DNA of 64,000 bases. It comes from an uncultured Gemmatimonadales bacterium. GTDB taxonomy: Bacteria; Gemmatimonadota; Gemmatimonadetes; Palauibacterales; Palauibacteraceae. Below the pieces are notes generated by a model, which ran no database searches, was not told the origin of the DNA, and was given only the letters and a program-made list of their open reading frames with translations. Below are positions 61,801 through 64,000 of this stretch, one piece after another. A program made the translations under genes and the position numbers. The DNA lies in contig CAWANJ010000002.1 in assembly GCA_963783385.1 (NCBI GenBank), forward strand, positions 348,739 to 412,738, given 5' to 3'. How positions within the stretch are numbered: position 1 is the stretch's first letter; each line of letters begins with the position of its first letter.

Positions 61801-62154
61801 GATGGCGCCGATGGAGCCCATCCCGAACCCGCCGTCCGAGACGTTCGACCAGGACAGACCCGTGTTGGTGGTCTTCCACACGCCTCCGCCCGTGGCGCCC
61901 ATGTAGAAGGTGCGGTGGTCCCCGTGGGGGACCCCGGCCACGGCGGTCACCCGGCCGCCGCGGTAGGGCCCTACCATGCGGTAGTCGAGGCCGGCGTACA
62001 GCGCCGTGTCGTAGACCGGCTGCCCGGCCGGGTGGGGCGCCACGCGGGCCGTCTCCTGGGCGGAGGCCCGGGCCGGCGGCAGGGCCGTCAGGAAGGCTAG
62101 GGCCGCGGCCAGCGGGAGCGCCGCGACGGTGCGTCGGACGAGGGAGGAGGTCAT
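58822..62154 (-). CDS. exported BNR/VPS10-like beta-propeller glycosyl hydrolase-like protein
   Basis: Signal peptide, GPYRGGRV, many S/TxDxGxTW Asp-boxes and VLATQGRSFWILDD. Confidence 0.9.
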   Translation of the reverse strand: MTSSLVRRTVAALPLAAALAFLTALPPARASAQETARVAPHPAGQPVYDTALYAGLDYRMVGPYRGGRVTAVAGVPHGDHRTFYMGATGGGVWKTTNTGLSWSNVSDGGFGMGSIGAIAVASSDANVVYVGTGSWAWRGNVSTGDGLYRSTDAGKTWTRVGLEDAGSIGAVRVDPNDPDRVYVAALGHPFGPNPTRGVFRSEDGGTTWKKVLFISDSTGVADLSMDPDNPRVLYAAAWTSERKPWTIVDGSREGGIWKSTDGGDHWTKLSGGLPDGLLGKIGVAVSPADPDRVYAVITAKEPDGGIWRSDDAGKSWRHVSSDHELTQRGWYYSRIIADPQDPNTVYIPNVGFWRSDDAGKTWQRVRTRHGDNHSLWIDPSEPKVMIEGNDGGAHVTTDGGKTWSTLLNQPTAQFYRVTVDNGFPYRLYGAQQDLGTISVPAWSSGGISPQTQWLDLAGGESGYLALDPDHPDLVYSGSYLGVIDRVDRTTGKVRDVIAYPELTDGVAPKDLKYRFQWNAPILMSRFDSSVVYHAAQVLLKSTDEGRTWTAISPDLTRHDTTTQAIPGGPVQHDHTGVEIYGTIFALAEGTESPDVLWAGSDDGLVHLTRDGGKTWKDVTPPGLPAYSTVNVIAPSPHQAGQAYVTAYRYRMDDWHPYVYETKDWGAHWTRIADGTRGIPAGDPVRVVREDPVRAGLLYAGTEFGMYVSFDDGAHWQTLQQNLPPVPVTDLTVHGSDLVLATQGRSFWILDDVTPLRQLTGAVAKADHYLFEPRPAYRASFRGFRGSEAPESPPGPAVFDLYLASAPAGEVSMEVVDPQGRVAARWSTARKGRSGRGAGSSEGGEESDFATAGQSGAAAESGDFASWATHSLDLHAGENRLEWDLHYPGPHLVKGAVMDLGYTGGPWAVPGTYTVRVKGDGWSLDRSFDVRKDPRYTDVTPEDLQAEFDLATQVRDSVTAIHDAVRALRSAREQVGQASDRVAHGDFPDSVNSRVKMAADSLRSTLSSLAGELHNDTIRTGEDGINYPPRIDNHFDFLYGHIHDAYGRPSEGSRTRFADLNAELEPIRAEVERALTDGVSGFNELLRRYGVPPVVVPAEASGPAGTDPAGG

Positions 62155-64000
62155 GGGCTCTCCGGAGATGATGAGGTTCGATCCGGGACGACGACCGCAG
62201 GGACGTCGTGGTCGGACAGGAGACGGTCCAGCGCCGGCAGTGCCCCGTGCAGGGCGCGGTCCAGCCGGGCCCGCACCGCCGTCCACCCGGCTTCCAGGTC
62301 CCGGAAGCGTCGGCGCTCCCCGGCGGTCGGCGGCGCGTCGGCGCTGATCACCGTTCCGGCCAGGTGGGCGTAGTAGGTCCACAGCTTCGACTCGAAGTTG
62401 ATCGGGTCCTGTCCCGACTCGCTCCGGGTCTGGATGAGGGCGTCCTCGACCGCGCCGAGGCTGTCCGTCAGCGCCGAGGCGGCCGCGGAGATCGACGCGC
62501 TGTCGGCCGCCGGCAGCGAGCCCGCGTCCGCGGCCCGCTTCACCGCCGCGTGGGCCTGCGAGCGCACGTCGCGCAGCGTGCGGAGCGCGTCGTGGATGGC
62601 CTGGATCCGGTCACGGATCGCCTCGAGGAGATCGAATTGGGCGGCGAGCTCCGAGCGCGTCGCGTGGATCCGCGGGTCTTCCTTCACCCGGAAGGTGCGG
62701 GTCCGGCTCCAGCCGTCCGCCGACAGCGTGGCCCGGTAGCTCCCGGATACGGCAGGCGGGCCGCCCGCGTAGCCGTAGTAGACCACGGCATCCGGGACGA
62801 GCCGCGGCCCGGGGTAGAGGAGGTCCCAGGTGAAGCGGTGCGCGCCCGCGCCGGAAGGCAGCGACGACGAGTCGCTCCGGAACGACCGCACGGTGTGGCC
62901 GGAGGAGTCGGCGATCGTGAGCGTGACCGGCCCGCGGGGCGCGCGGGGGAAGAACCAGTCGAGGATCGCGCCCTCGGGCGGCGGCTCGGGCGCCGCCGGG
63001 CGGCCGTAACCCTGAGCCCGCGTGCGCCACGCGTCCCGGGGCTGGAAGAACACCCGGCCATCGGGCGCCGCCGCCCGGCGGGCCAGCTCCGCGTCGATCT
63101 GCCGCAGCGGCGTCACGTCGTCCAGGATCCAGAAGCTCCGGCCCTGCGTGGCCACCACCAGGTCGGTGCCGTGCACGGCCAGGTCCGTGACCGGGACAAT
63201 GGGGAGGTCCAGCTGCAGCGTCTGCCAGTGCTCGCCGTCGTCGAAGGAGACGTACATCCCGAACTCGGTCCCGGCGTACAGGAGCCCGGCCCGCTCCGGG
63301 TCCTCGCGCACCACCCGCACCGGGTCGTCGGCCGGGATGCCGCGCGTGCCGTCGGCGATTCGCGTCCAGTGCGCCCCGTAGTCCTCCGTCCGGTAGGCGT
63401 AGGGCCGGAAGTCGTCCAGCCGGTAGCGGTAGACGGTGAGGTGGTCCTGGCCGGCGGCGTGGGCGGAGGGCTCGATCCGTTGACCGTGGACAGGCGCGGG
63501 AGACCCGGGCGTCGTGACGTGCGCTTCCTGCTAACGCCTCCGTCCTCGTGACGTGGACGAGCCCGTCGTCGGGGCCGGCCCACAGGACCAGCGAGTCGCG
63601 CGGATCGGCCAGCGAGAACAGGGTGGCGTAGGTCTCGACCCCCGTTGTGATGTCGTGCTGCACGGGGCCGCCCGGGTAGCCCATGATGACGGAGTGGATT
63701 TCGATGCCGGGTCAGGTCGGGGGCTGATCGCCGTGCAGGTGTGCCCGCGGTCCGAGCTCCGCAGCACCATCTGGGCGCCGTAGTAGAGGACGGCCGGGTC
63801 GTGCGAGGCGACAATGAGGGGCGGATTCCAGTTAAAGCGATACTTAGGTCACGGATCGCACGCCCATCCTGCATCTGTGGATATGGGTTTACGTTCTCGG
63901 CCTGCCGCGTGCGCGCGTCGAAGCGGTACAGGTCGCCGCTGTCGCGGCCGCCATCACAGATGCGGGGTCGCGCAGGTCGACGACGACCGAGCCGCTCTCG
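62151..64000 (-). CDS. second BNR/VPS10-like paralog (5' part outside the window; many frameshifts beyond ~63450)
   Basis: VREDPERAGLLYAGTEFG and VATQGRSFWILDD shared with the neighbour; stop overlaps the neighbour ATG. Confidence 0.82.

Noticed and set aside
63450-64000. Heavily broken paralog at the window end as a decayed gene
   Set aside because: Error density rises sharply toward the edge, which fits low-quality contig-end sequence.

Overview
High-GC bacterial chromosomal window; gene content is suggestive of Gemmatimonadota, but that is inference only. Housekeeping and metabolic blocks are: panB-panC-(deleted panD)-HD-LytR_C, rlmN, aspS-phoH-7TM/HD-ybeY-DUF502-mgtE, meaB-B12 mutase-carboxyltransferase-atuA-like genes, recQ, acyl-CoA dehydrogenase, rne/rng, rplU-rpmA, a beta-oxidation-type operon, nfeD-floA-yqfB, a DUF222/HNH gene and two BNR/VPS10 glycosyl-hydrolase-like genes. 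The main accessory feature is a ~16.5 kb minus-strand Rhs polymorphic toxin array (15096-31520) wedged between the large and small subunits of the B12 mutase. It holds one short Rhs gene plus six orphan toxin-tip/immunity cassettes, one complete IS21-family element with a 5-bp target duplication, and one IS21 fragment. All seven toxin tips, although mostly unrelated in sequence, share a Cys-paired architecture: an N-terminal Cys hairpin, a VxV motif, a Gly/Ser-rich linker, and a domain bracketed by a Cys and a near-terminal Cys (tip E retains only the last part). All putative immunity proteins look membrane-bound or exported. A decayed copy of the mutase 3' end lies inside the array, suggesting growth by integration at a housekeeping gene. 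Many single-base frameshifts in conserved genes are probably sequencing or assembly errors.
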